This document shows, piece after piece, positions 29,156 through 38,254 of a stretch of DNA of 64,000 nt. This stretch comes from Thermoanaerobaculia bacterium (GTDB lineage Bacteria; Acidobacteriota; Thermoanaerobaculia; UBA5066). The translations under genes were made by a program, and so were the position numbers. Numbering within the stretch: position 1 is the first letter of the stretch; each line of letters opens with the position of its first letter. The notes beneath the pieces were generated by a model. It saw nothing but the letters and a program-made list of their open reading frames with translations, was not told where the DNA came from and ran no database searches. The stretch covers positions 192,001 to 256,000 of the forward strand of contig CAWFJJ010000028.1 in the NCBI GenBank assembly GCA_963816185.1, in the 5' to 3' direction.

Positions 29156-31784
29156 ATGCGCGCGACGCCCATGCTCGAGCAGTACTGGGCTCTCAAGCGG
29201 GAGGCGGGAGACGCCCTCCTGCTTTACCGCCTCGGCGACTTCTATGAGATGTTCTTCGAGGACGCCGTGTATGCGGCGCCTCTCCTCGGCCTCGTCCTGA
29301 CCGCACGCCACAAGGACAGCGACGTCGAGGCGCCGATGTGCGGCATCCCGCAGCACGCGCTCGAGCCTTACCTCGCCCGGCTGGTGGCCGCCGGAAGGAA
29401 AGTCGCGATCAGCGAGCAGACGGAGGCGCCCGCGAAGGGACGGACGCTCGTGGCGCGCAAGATCGTCCGGGTCGTGACCCCCGGCACGATCGTCGATCCG
29501 GAGCGCCTCGACGCGCGGCGGCCGAACGAGATGGCCTCCGTGACCTGGAACGGCGATGGCGCGGCCGTGTCCACGCTCGACCTCTCCACAGGCGACTTCG
29601 CGGTCGTGAACCTGCCCGATCGGGCGGCCCTCACGGAGTGGCTGTCACGCCGCGTGCCCCGGGAGCTCGTCGTGTTCCCGTCCGACCGGGCCGCCGGCGA
29701 GTCGCTCGCGTCGTCCATCGCGGCATCCGGAGCCGAGGCGCCCGCCCTCACGGCCCTGAGGGACGAGTCGCCGCGCGGGACCGGGGCGGTGGACCTCCTG
29801 AAGCGCCACTTCCGCACCGCCACGCTCGAGCCGTTCGGCCTGACGGGCGCGGGCTCGGCCGCCGACGCGGCGGCGGCGCTGCTCTCGTATGCGCGGGCCA
29901 CGCAGCGCGCGGACTGCGACCACGTCCGGTCGCTGCGCTGCGAGGCGCCCGACGACGGGCTCGTCGTCGACGCCGTGACCGCCGGCCACCTCGAGCTTTT
30001 CCGCTCGGCGCGCGACGGCGGCCCGAAGGGGAACTCTGTTCTCACTCCTCGATCGCGCAGGCACGTCCTTCGGCGCGCGCACTCTCCGGCGGCTCCTGGA
30101 AAGGCCGCTCGGCCGGCGCGCGGGCATCGAAGCGCGTCTCGATGGCGTCGAGGAGCTCCAGGAGGACGCGGCTCGCCTCGAGAGCCTCGCCTCGGCGTTC
30201 CGCGAGATTCCCGATCTCCCGCGCCTGCTCGCGCGCCTCGCCGTCGGCGCGGGTTCGCCGCGCGACCTGGCGGCGCTCGGCGACGGCCTCGTGCGCGCGA
30301 GCCGTGTCGGCGCGCACCTCGGCGCGGCGCGCGCGTCGATCCTCGCGTCCGGGGGTGATGCGTCGGCGGAGGGTGTGCCGTTCGCGCTGGGAGAGTCGAT
30401 CGCGAGGCGAGTCGTGTCCGAGCCGCCGCCCCACGCACGAGACGGCGGAATCTTTCGCGAGGGCGTGGATGCCGCCGTGGACGAGGTGCGTGCCCTGCGT
30501 CGCGAGGGCGCGTCGATTCTCGGGCGGATCGAAGGCGCGGAGCGTACGGCGCGCGGCATCCCAAGCCTCCGTGTCAAATTCAACCAGGTCTTCGGCCACG
30601 TCTTCGAGGTGCCCGCCTCGGCGCGGGCGCGCGTTCCCGAAGGAGCGCTCAAGCGGCAGACGCTCGCCAACGTGGAGCGTTACGCGACGCCCGAGCTCGT
30701 CGAGGCGGACGAAAGACTGCGCTCCGCAGACGCGCGCCTCGCGGCCCGCGAGGAGGAGCTCTTTCTCGCGCTCGTCGCGGAAGTCGTCGCCGAATCGTCG
30801 CGCATCCTCGGAGCGTGCGCGCGCCTCGGCCTCCTCGACGCCCTCGTCTCCCTCGCGCGCACGGCGCGGGCCGGCGGCTGGGTGCGGCCTCGCGTCGTGG
30901 ACGAGCCCATGCTCCTCGTCGAGGGCGGCCGCCATCCGGTCGTGGAAGCGCTGCGTCCGCGCGAGCCTTTCGTTCCGAACGACACGGCGCTCGGGGGCGA
31001 CGGGGAGCATCTCGTCGTCCTCACGGGCCCGAACATGGGCGGCAAGTCGACGTACCTGAGGCAGAACGCGCTGATCGTCCTCCTCGCGCACGCGGGCTCC
31101 TTCGTGCCCGCGGTTTCGGCCACGGTCGGCCTCACGGACCGCATCTTCACGCGCGTCGGCGCATCGGATTCGCTCGTCAAGGGCGAATCGACGTTTCTCG
31201 TGGAGATGGCCGAGACCGCGCACATCCTGAGGCACGCGACCGCGCACAGCCTCGTCATCCTCGACGAGATCGGGCGCGGCACTTCGACGTTCGACGGGCT
31301 CTCGCTCGCGTGGGCGATCGCGGAGCACCTTCACGATCAGGGAATCCGGCGCGTGCTCTTCGCGACGCACTACCACGAGCTGACGGAGATGGCGCTCGTG
31401 AAGCCGGACGTGAAGAACCGCACGATGACCGCGAGAGAATGGAACGGCGAAGTCGTCTTCCTGCGCAAGGTCGCCGACGGCACGGCCGACCGCTCGTACG
31501 GCGTCCAGGTGGCGCGCCTGGCGGGCATCCCGGAAGGCGTGCTCTCGAGGGCGCGCGAGATCCTCGGCAATCTCGAGCGCCAGCAGATGGACGTCGGCGG
31601 GCGGCCCCGGCTCGCCGAGCACGCGGGCGAGCCGCCGCCGAAGAACGCGCAGCTCGACCTCTTCCGCGGCCAGGGTGAGCTCGTCCTCGACGCGCTCGGT
31701 CGCGTCGACGTCGACCATCTGACCCCTCTCGCCGCCCTCCAGCTCCTCGCCTCGCTGCAGCATCGGTTGAGGGGGGAGGAATGA
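29156..31784 (+). pseudogene. mutS: DNA mismatch repair MutS, interrupted by a +1 frameshift at the G4 run 30028-30031
   Basis: TPMLEQY, GDFYEMF, VVTPGT in one frame. GPNMGGKST, STFLVEM, DEIGRGTST, ATHYHEL in another. Removing one G restores KGTLFSLLDRAGTSFGARTLRRLLERPL. May be a sequencing artefact. Confidence 0.9.
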
Positions 31785-31832
31785 AGAAAGAAAGAATATT
31801 TTGCTTCGGAAAAGAAAAGAAAAGAACGGATT

Positions 31833-32002
31833 TTCTGCTATCGGCGGCTGCAGACGCAGCCGCCACGGAGGGAACTGCGGTCGGCTCGCGGCTGTCAAGG
31901 GCCTTCGGCCGCTACGCGGCGCGCGGAGCGCGCCCTTGACAGCCAGAGCCGACAAGTACAGTCGGTTCTCGGTGGACGCATCAGCGGCCACCGATAGCAG
32001 AA
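31833..32002. repeat. Nested inverted-repeat element (~170 bp hairpin)
   Basis: TTCTGCTATCGG (31833-31844) pairs with CCGATAGCAGAA (31991-32002). Inner GGCTGTCAAGGGC pairs with GCCCTTGACAGCC. Confidence 0.75.
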
Positions 32003-32048
32003 GAAGATCTTCGGAGAACCTCCTAGAAGGTGAGTAGAGCTTCGGTAT

Positions 32049-33104
32049 TTGCCGTCGCGGTTCGTGTTCGGGCTGAACGGCCCTGAGCTCTCGGAATCGG
32101 AGCGTGCGTTGCTCGTCGCGCTTCGGCCGCTCGGCATCCTTCTTTCTAAGCAGAATCTCCAAACGCCCTTACAGAGCACTTCGCTGCTGGAGGCATTGAG
32201 AGGGCTCTTTTCCCCGGCGCCCCTCCTCTTCGTCTCCCAGGAAGGCGGAAGTGAGGATCCGATCGGCCCGCTCCTCGGGACTCCGTGCGCCTCGGCCGCC
32301 GCGTGCGCGGCGGCGGGGACGGACCGCGTGCACGAGAACGCGTACCTCATGGGGCGCGCGGCGCGGCTCCTGGGATTCGACGTGGATCTCGCCCCCGTGC
32401 TCGATCTCGCGCAGCCGGGCACCGGGGCGGTCGTTCTCGAGGGGCGCTGCTTCGGATTTCACGCCGAGGACGTGGTGGTCTCGGGGTTGATGTTCCTGCA
32501 CGGCCTCGCGCGCGCGGGCCTCGCGACCGCCGTGAAGCACTTCCCGGGCCTCGGGCGCGCGGGGAAGGACACGCGCGTCGCGCGCCCGATCGTGGACGCC
32601 CACGACGTGGACCTCATGGTGACCGACGTCGCGCCCTTCGCGAAGCTGGCTCGCGGTGCCGACGCCGTCGTCGTGGGCCACGCGGCGTACCCGGGCTTCA
32701 CGGGTGACGACACGCCCGCGTCGTTGTCACCGAGGATCCTCGGCGTCCTCCGGGGCTCCGTGGGGTTCGAGGGCGTCGCGTTCGCCGACGATCTCGGGAA
32801 AGGCGCTCTCGACGGAACGCTCCCGGAGCGCGCGGAGCGTGCCGCCCGGGCGGGCTGCGACGCGCTCATCATCTCGGCACATAGCGATGCGCGGGAAGAG
32901 TGCGCCTCGCGCGTCGCCGCCCTGGGCGACGACCCGTCGCGCGACGCGCGCTTCGCGGCGCTACGCCGGCGCGTCGCCGACGCGCCGCGTCCGCGGTTCG
33001 ACGAGGAAACCTGGAAGCGGCTTGCGGAAGAAGCCACAGCCTTCGGCGAACTGGTGTCAAAGCCGAGAAAGAAAAGAGAAGACGGAGATTTCGGATTTTC
33101 TTAG
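32049..33104 (+). CDS. Glycoside hydrolase family 3 N-terminal domain, NagZ-like (degenerate)
   Basis: QEGG, LAPVLD, KHFPGLG, PASLS, FADDL. TTG start. The stop TAG lies inside the TTCTTAGAA motif. Confidence 0.82.
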   Translation: MPSRFVFGLNGPELSESERALLVALRPLGILLSKQNLQTPLQSTSLLEALRGLFSPAPLLFVSQEGGSEDPIGPLLGTPCASAAACAAAGTDRVHENAYLMGRAARLLGFDVDLAPVLDLAQPGTGAVVLEGRCFGFHAEDVVVSGLMFLHGLARAGLATAVKHFPGLGRAGKDTRVARPIVDAHDVDLMVTDVAPFAKLARGADAVVVGHAAYPGFTGDDTPASLSPRILGVLRGSVGFEGVAFADDLGKGALDGTLPERAERAARAGCDALIISAHSDAREECASRVAALGDDPSRDARFAALRRRVADAPRPRFDEETWKRLAEEATAFGELVSKPRKKREDGDFGFS

Positions 33105-33275
33105 AAAGGGTATTTGGGCGGAGAGCGAGGCGCCGGCGGCCTGGGCTCGCTCGGCCCGGTACCCCCTGCTCCTTCGCGCGTGAACTCGCTTCGCTCAGAC
33201 AGCACGCGCGTGCGTCGCAAGGGGCACCGGCGCCTCGTTCGCCTCTCCCCCTTCTAAGAAAATCTTCTCTTCTCT
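33094..33275. repeat. Paired TTCTTAGAA/TTCTAAGAA element, intergenic copy forming a long hairpin
   Basis: GATTTTCTTAGAAAGGG (33094-33110) and CCCTTCTAAGAAAATC (33249-33264). Inner GCGAGGCGCCGG pairs with CCGGCGCCTCGT. Confidence 0.85.
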
Positions 33276-33288
33276 TTCTAGAAATTTC

Positions 33289-33720
33289 CTAGAACGGGAC
33301 GTCGTCGTCCGCGTCGCCGCCGCCGGCCGCGGCGTCCGGCACCGCCGGAGTCGAAGCGCCCGACGCGCCGGCGGCGTCGGGACGACCGCCGAGCATCTTC
33401 ATGTCGCGCGCCTTGATCTCGGTGGCGTAGCGCTTCTGGCCCGTCTCCTTGTCGTCCCACGTGCGCGTCTGGAGCGCGCCCTCGATGTAGACGAGACGCC
33501 CCTTCGACAGGTATCGCTCGCAGATGCTCGCGAGCTTGTCGAACGCGATGACCGTGTGCCACTCGGTCTTCTCCTGCTTCTGCCCGCTGGCGCGGTCGTT
33601 CCACGTTTCCGTCGTGGCGATACGCAGTCGCGCGATGGGCACGCCCCCCGTCGTGGCGCGCATTTCGGGATCGGCCCCGAGGTGGCCGATGAGGATCACC
33701 TTGTTCACGGATCCAGCCAT
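33289..33720 (-). CDS. ssb: Single-stranded DNA-binding protein
   Basis: SVNKVILIGHLGADPE, TEWH, KGRLVYIEG, C-terminal DDDVPF. Confidence 0.97.
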   Translation of the reverse strand: MAGSVNKVILIGHLGADPEMRATTGGVPIARLRIATTETWNDRASGQKQEKTEWHTVIAFDKLASICERYLSKGRLVYIEGALQTRTWDDKETGQKRYATEIKARDMKMLGGRPDAAGASGASTPAVPDAAAGGGDADDDVPF

Positions 33721-33760
33721 GTCCGTCCTCCGATCGTCCGGATCCTACAATCGGTCCGGT

Positions 33761-35347
33761 TTGAGCGAAACGCGGAAGCTGGTCCGGTCGGCCTGGGGCA
33801 TTACCGCGTGGACGGCCGTGTCGCGGGCGGCGGGCATCCTGCGCGACGCGACGATCGCCCGTTTTCTCGGCGCATCCGCGTTGTCGGACGCGTTCTACAC
33901 GGCGTTCCGCATCCCGAACACTTTCCGGGCGATCGTGGGGGAGGGCGGCCTGCCCGGGGCGTTCATCCCGATGGCGAAGAAGGTGGAGCGCGAGCGGCCG
34001 GGCGAGGAAGGCGTCTACGCCGGCCGCGTCCTCGCTCTCCTTCTCTGCGTCCTCGTGGCGCTCGTGGCGCTCGGAATCCTCTTCGCGGACCCGATCGTCT
34101 CCCTCTTCGCGAACGGCTTCAAGGCGACGCCGGGGAAATTCGAGCTGACCGTGCGCCTGACTCGCTGGATGTTCCCGTACGTCCTCCTCGTGTCCGCCGC
34201 CGCGCTCCTCGAGGCTTTCCTGAACGCGAAGGGATTCTTCCAGCTCTCGGCGGCGACGCCGATCGCGTGGAACGTCGCGATCGTCGTCTCCGCATGGGCG
34301 CTCGCGCCCGCGGGCGTGTCGCCGCTCGCGGCGCTCACGGTGGGCGTTCTCGTGGGCGGTTTTCTCCAGGTCGCGCTGCAGGGGCCCGCGGTGCGGCGGC
34401 TCGGCTTGCGCTTTTCGGGCTCGCCGTTTCGTGACAGGGACGTGAAGAGGACGGCTCTTCAGATCGCCCCGCGCCTCTATGGCTACGGCATCGGGCAGCT
34501 CTCGTTTCTCGTGTCGACCCGCACGCTGGCGGCGCTCGGAGACGCGTTCGTGACGTACAACTTCTGCGCGTGGCGCGTCACCGACTTCGTCCTCGGCGCG
34601 TTCGTCGTCTCGCTCACGCGGACCATCCTGCCGTCGCTCTCGAACCAGGCGCTCGAAAAGGACCGGACCGCCTACCGCGGGACGATCGCGTTCGCGTTGC
34701 GGCTGATCGGACTCATCACGATCCCCTCGACCGTCGGGCTCTGGCTGCTCGCGACCCCGCTCATCGACGTCGTGTTCCGCCGCGGACGCTTCGGGACTGC
34801 CGACGTGCAGAAGACGGCGCTCGCGGTCGGGTTCTTCGCGCTCGGCCTCTACGCGGCTGCGGGCGTGAAGATCCTCACACAGGCGTTCTACGCGCTCCAC
34901 GACACGCGGACCCCGGTCCTCGTCGGCACGTTCGACCTCGCCGTGTTCTGGATCCTCTGTGTCGCCCTGGCCGGGCCGATGCAGCACGCGGGCGTCGCCC
35001 TCGCGACGGCAGCCGGCTTCTGGATCAACTTTCTCGCGCTCCTCGCTCTGCTCAGAAGACGGCTCGGCCGGGTCGGCGGCCGCCGTATTCTCGCGTCTCT
35101 TCTCCGGCTCGCGGTCGCGAGCCTCGGGATGGGCGCCGTCGTATGGGTAGTCTCGGCGAGACTCGTGCCCTACCGGATGATCTGGCTGCTGCCGCTCCGG
35201 ATCGGATGGGTCGGCGCGGTCGCCTCGCTCGGCGCAGTCGTCTTTCTCGCCTTCGCGAAGCTTCTCCGCGTACCGGAGGTCGACGAGGTCCTCGGCGCGT
35301 TTCGGAAAAAGGGGACGGATACACACACGGCACAGGAGCCGCGATGA
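33761..35347 (+). CDS. murJ: Lipid II flippase MurJ (MviN)
   Basis: SRAAGILRD, DAFYTAFRIPNTFR, EGG...AFIP, RGRF, FYALHDTRTP. Many TM segments. Confidence 0.95.
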   Translation: MSETRKLVRSAWGITAWTAVSRAAGILRDATIARFLGASALSDAFYTAFRIPNTFRAIVGEGGLPGAFIPMAKKVERERPGEEGVYAGRVLALLLCVLVALVALGILFADPIVSLFANGFKATPGKFELTVRLTRWMFPYVLLVSAAALLEAFLNAKGFFQLSAATPIAWNVAIVVSAWALAPAGVSPLAALTVGVLVGGFLQVALQGPAVRRLGLRFSGSPFRDRDVKRTALQIAPRLYGYGIGQLSFLVSTRTLAALGDAFVTYNFCAWRVTDFVLGAFVVSLTRTILPSLSNQALEKDRTAYRGTIAFALRLIGLITIPSTVGLWLLATPLIDVVFRRGRFGTADVQKTALAVGFFALGLYAAAGVKILTQAFYALHDTRTPVLVGTFDLAVFWILCVALAGPMQHAGVALATAAGFWINFLALLALLRRRLGRVGGRRILASLLRLAVASLGMGAVVWVVSARLVPYRMIWLLPLRIGWVGAVASLGAVVFLAFAKLLRVPEVDEVLGAFRKKGTDTHTAQEPR

Positions 35348-35706
35348 TCGACAAAATCAACCTCCGCGAAAAGCTGGCGCGCTTCACGTCGCGCTGGGAC
35401 CCGAAGATCGTGGCCGAGCTGAACGGCCAGCACGTGAAGCTCGTGAAGTTCGAGGGGCCGTTCCTCTGGCACCGGCACGAGAACGAGGACGAGCTGTTTC
35501 TCGTCGTCGAGGGCGAGTTCGTCATGGAGTTTCGCGACCGCTCGGTTCCGGTGCGGGCGGGCGAGCTCATCGTCGTGCCGCGCGGCACCGAGCACCGGCC
35601 CGTTGCCGAGAAGGAAGTCCACGTCCTCCTCTTCGAGCCCGTCTCGACGGTCAATACGGGAGACGCCGGCGGAGAGAGGACGATAACCGCGCCGGAGTGG
35701 ATCTGA
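35344..35706 (+). CDS. Cupin domain protein
   Basis: WHRHENEDELF, VVPRGTEHRP. Confidence 0.9.
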   Translation: MIDKINLREKLARFTSRWDPKIVAELNGQHVKLVKFEGPFLWHRHENEDELFLVVEGEFVMEFRDRSVPVRAGELIVVPRGTEHRPVAEKEVHVLLFEPVSTVNTGDAGGERTITAPEWI

Positions 35707-35731
35707 GGGAAGAAGAATCGCCGAAGAAGAA

Positions 35732-35760
35732 ACGCCCGCCGACGCGTGGCCGGCGGGCGT
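35732..35760. terminator. Hairpin between convergent genes
   Basis: ACGCCCGCCG-N9-CGGCGGGCGT, preceded by an A-rich tract on + (U-rich on -). Confidence 0.55.
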
Positions 35761-35783
35761 CATGAATCAAAGGGAGCCGGGAC

Positions 35784-36752
35784 TTAGTGCCCGTCGAGGC
35801 AGCCCTTCTGGCCGCTGCTGTTGGGGTATCCCGTGCCCGCCGTGTACGCGGCGTTCGACCATTCCCCCTGCAGCTTCCAGCTCGTGCCGTTCGGGAAGCT
35901 CACGGAGGGCACGTTGAACGTCCAGGCGCACTTGTCGCCGTTCTCGGCGCCGCGGGAGTCGTACCACGCGCCCGGGCTGGCGGGATCGGTGCGGGCCTCG
36001 GAGAGCTCGTGCGCCGAGACATTCGCGAGCGCCGCGAGGCCCTGCGACTCTCCGCTCACGGTCGACTGAGCATCGCAGCCGGGGTCGCCGTCCAGCTTCC
36101 AGAAGAAGGCGAACTGGACCGGAACACCTCCGCATGTGCCCGAGCTGTGCCACGCGCAGTACCCGGCGTTGCCGCGCGGGAGGTCCGTGTAGACGGCGTA
36201 GTAAGCCGTTCCGTCGTTTGGCCCGGTGAACTGCCTGCAGGCCTCCGCGAGGATCGCCGAGGTGGACCCTCCGCCGGAGGCCGCCGAGGTGTCGACGACG
36301 TGGGCGAGAGAAAACAGGGTCGGACCAACCTGATGACCCGTCCCGAGGGTGTCCTTGTATTCGTCGGAAGTCTTCGCGTAGTTGCTGCCGCTGAAGCCTG
36401 AATAGAAGTTGTCGATGCCGGTGATCTTGTCGCCCGGGCTGGAGTTCCAAGTCGTGCCCCAGAAGATGCTCTTGACGGTCGCCGTCGTGAGGATCTTCCC
36501 CCCGTGGTACGTCATGTTCGCGGTGCGGCGCGCGAGAGGCTGGCGGGCGATCGCCTTCTCGTACTCCCCACGCGTCAGGAGAATGACGACCGGCGCATCG
36601 GTCGGTGCGCCTTCCACCGCCGCCGGAGCCACGGCGGTGCTCGTACCGACCTGCGGCGTCGTGGCCTCTTCGACCTCCACCGAGAGCGCGGGCGCGGCCG
36701 TGAGGGTGAGCGCCGCCGCGAACGTCAACCCCGGGATGAGCCCCTTCTTCAT
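35784..36752 (-). CDS. Secreted EXORDIUM/Phi-1-like protein
   Basis: Signal peptide MKKGL..., MTYHGGKIL, FWG..W, YCAWHS, HELSEARTDP, WYD..GAENGDKCAW, LQGEWSN. Confidence 0.72.
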   Translation of the reverse strand: MKKGLIPGLTFAAALTLTAAPALSVEVEEATTPQVGTSTAVAPAAVEGAPTDAPVVILLTRGEYEKAIARQPLARRTANMTYHGGKILTTATVKSIFWGTTWNSSPGDKITGIDNFYSGFSGSNYAKTSDEYKDTLGTGHQVGPTLFSLAHVVDTSAASGGGSTSAILAEACRQFTGPNDGTAYYAVYTDLPRGNAGYCAWHSSGTCGGVPVQFAFFWKLDGDPGCDAQSTVSGESQGLAALANVSAHELSEARTDPASPGAWYDSRGAENGDKCAWTFNVPSVSFPNGTSWKLQGEWSNAAYTAGTGYPNSSGQKGCLDGH

Positions 36753-36922
36753 CGATTTCCTCCTGAACGGATAGATCTCGCCGGGACGATGGCCGGATGG
36801 ACGGTCAGCGAGTACCCCGCCCGAGGCCTCGAGGACGTTTGCTGGACACATAGGCTAGCAGAGAAGAAGACTCCGTCTCAAACAGAATCGGGAGACACAG
36901 GCCGACTCCTTGCGCGCCCCTT

Positions 36923-37843
36923 CTAGAGGATCTGGATCGGGACCGGGGCGAAGCAGAGGACGAAAATGAGAAGCACACCCGCGGCGACGAGCTTGCGCCG
37001 GTCGTCGAGCGGCTCGCCTTCGTTCGCGACCGGCGGATGGCGGATGCCGGTGAAGAACGTGAAGAGCACCCACACCCACCAGCCCGCCCACTTCAGGCCG
37101 AGAACCGCAAGGACGACGAGGAGCGGCAGCGCGAGGACGCGCTGGAATCGGCCGAACACGGCGTAGACCGCGTGCCCGCCGTCGAGTTGCCCGAGCGGCA
37201 GCAGGTTCAACGCGGTCACGAAGAGCCCGAACCACGCGGCGAGAAAGACGGGATGCTCGACGACGTCCACGCTCGTGTACGTCGTGCCGGCGAAGAGCTT
37301 CTGGAAGAGCTGGACGAGCATCGGGTACTGGAAGATCACGGTCCCTTCCGCGAGCGCCGGGGACGGATTGACCCTCGAGTGCGAGACGCCCCAGGCGAGA
37401 AGCGGGACGGCCACTGCAAACCCGGCGATCGGGCCCGCCACGGCCATGTCGAAGAGCTGGCGCTTGTCGCGAATCTGCTCGCGGATACGGATGAAGGCGC
37501 CCATCGTCCCGACGAGGGAAATCTGCGGCGGAAACGGGATGAAGTAAGGAGGCGACGCGTCGATGCCGTACCGGCGGCAAACGAGATAGTGGCCGAGCTC
37601 GTGTGCCAGGAGGATGGCCAGAAGGGGAAGCGAGAACACGAGCCCTTCCTTGAAAAAGCGGGGATCGAAGAAAGACGGTGCCCTTTCGATTCGAAGACGA
37701 AGTGCAGGACGAAATCCCGCCGCGAAGACGAGGCCCGCGTACGTCGTCGTGAGGAACGTCGCCGCGAAGAGCAGCCCGTGAAGCCACCACCGCTCCTTCC
37801 GCCGCGGCACGGCGGCCGGCGCGCTCGCCGAGACCTCGCTCAT
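36923..37843 (-). CDS. Site-2 protease (M50 family)
   Basis: HELGH, AGP, NLLPLGQLDGGH. Multiple TM segments. Confidence 0.92.
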   Translation of the reverse strand: MSEVSASAPAAVPRRKERWWLHGLLFAATFLTTTYAGLVFAAGFRPALRLRIERAPSFFDPRFFKEGLVFSLPLLAILLAHELGHYLVCRRYGIDASPPYFIPFPPQISLVGTMGAFIRIREQIRDKRQLFDMAVAGPIAGFAVAVPLLAWGVSHSRVNPSPALAEGTVIFQYPMLVQLFQKLFAGTTYTSVDVVEHPVFLAAWFGLFVTALNLLPLGQLDGGHAVYAVFGRFQRVLALPLLVVLAVLGLKWAGWWVWVLFTFFTGIRHPPVANEGEPLDDRRKLVAAGVLLIFVLCFAPVPIQIL

Positions 37844-37847
37844 CGTT

Positions 37848-38186
37848 TCAGGAGGACGTGCCGGAGGGGGGAGGGCCGGGGGACGCCGCCTTCGCGGCCG
37901 GCTCTTCGGGCGGGCCGGTCATGTCGCGCAGCTCCTTGCCCGGCTTGAACCGGATCGTGAAGCCGGGCGGAATCTGCACTTCCTCGGTGGGGCGTTTCGG
38001 GTTGCGGCCGATGCCGCGCTTCCTGGGCTTCACGAGGAACACGCCGAAGCCGCGCAGCTCGATGCGCTCGCCCCGGGACAGCGCCTGGCGCAGCACGTCG
38101 ATGATCGTCTCGACGGCTTGCGTCGCTTTCTGTCGCCCCACGCCGGCCGCTTCCGCGACCGCGTTGATGATGTCGTTCTTGATCAC
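37848..38186 (-). CDS. HU/IHF family DNA-binding protein
   Basis: IELRGFGVF, GRNPK, IRFKPGKEL. Confidence 0.93.
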   Translation of the reverse strand: MIKNDIINAVAEAAGVGRQKATQAVETIIDVLRQALSRGERIELRGFGVFLVKPRKRGIGRNPKRPTEEVQIPPGFTIRFKPGKELRDMTGPPEEPAAKAASPGPPPSGTSS

Positions 38187-38254
38187 GTGGAGCTGAGTCT
38201 ACCTGTCCTCGGGCATCTCGTTCAAATCAAGTCGTTTGGGCCGTCTTCCGCCGG

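Noticed and set aside
31801-32037. 78-aa ORF after mutS
   Set aside because: It spans the purine tract and hairpin element, has a TTG start and has no protein-like features.
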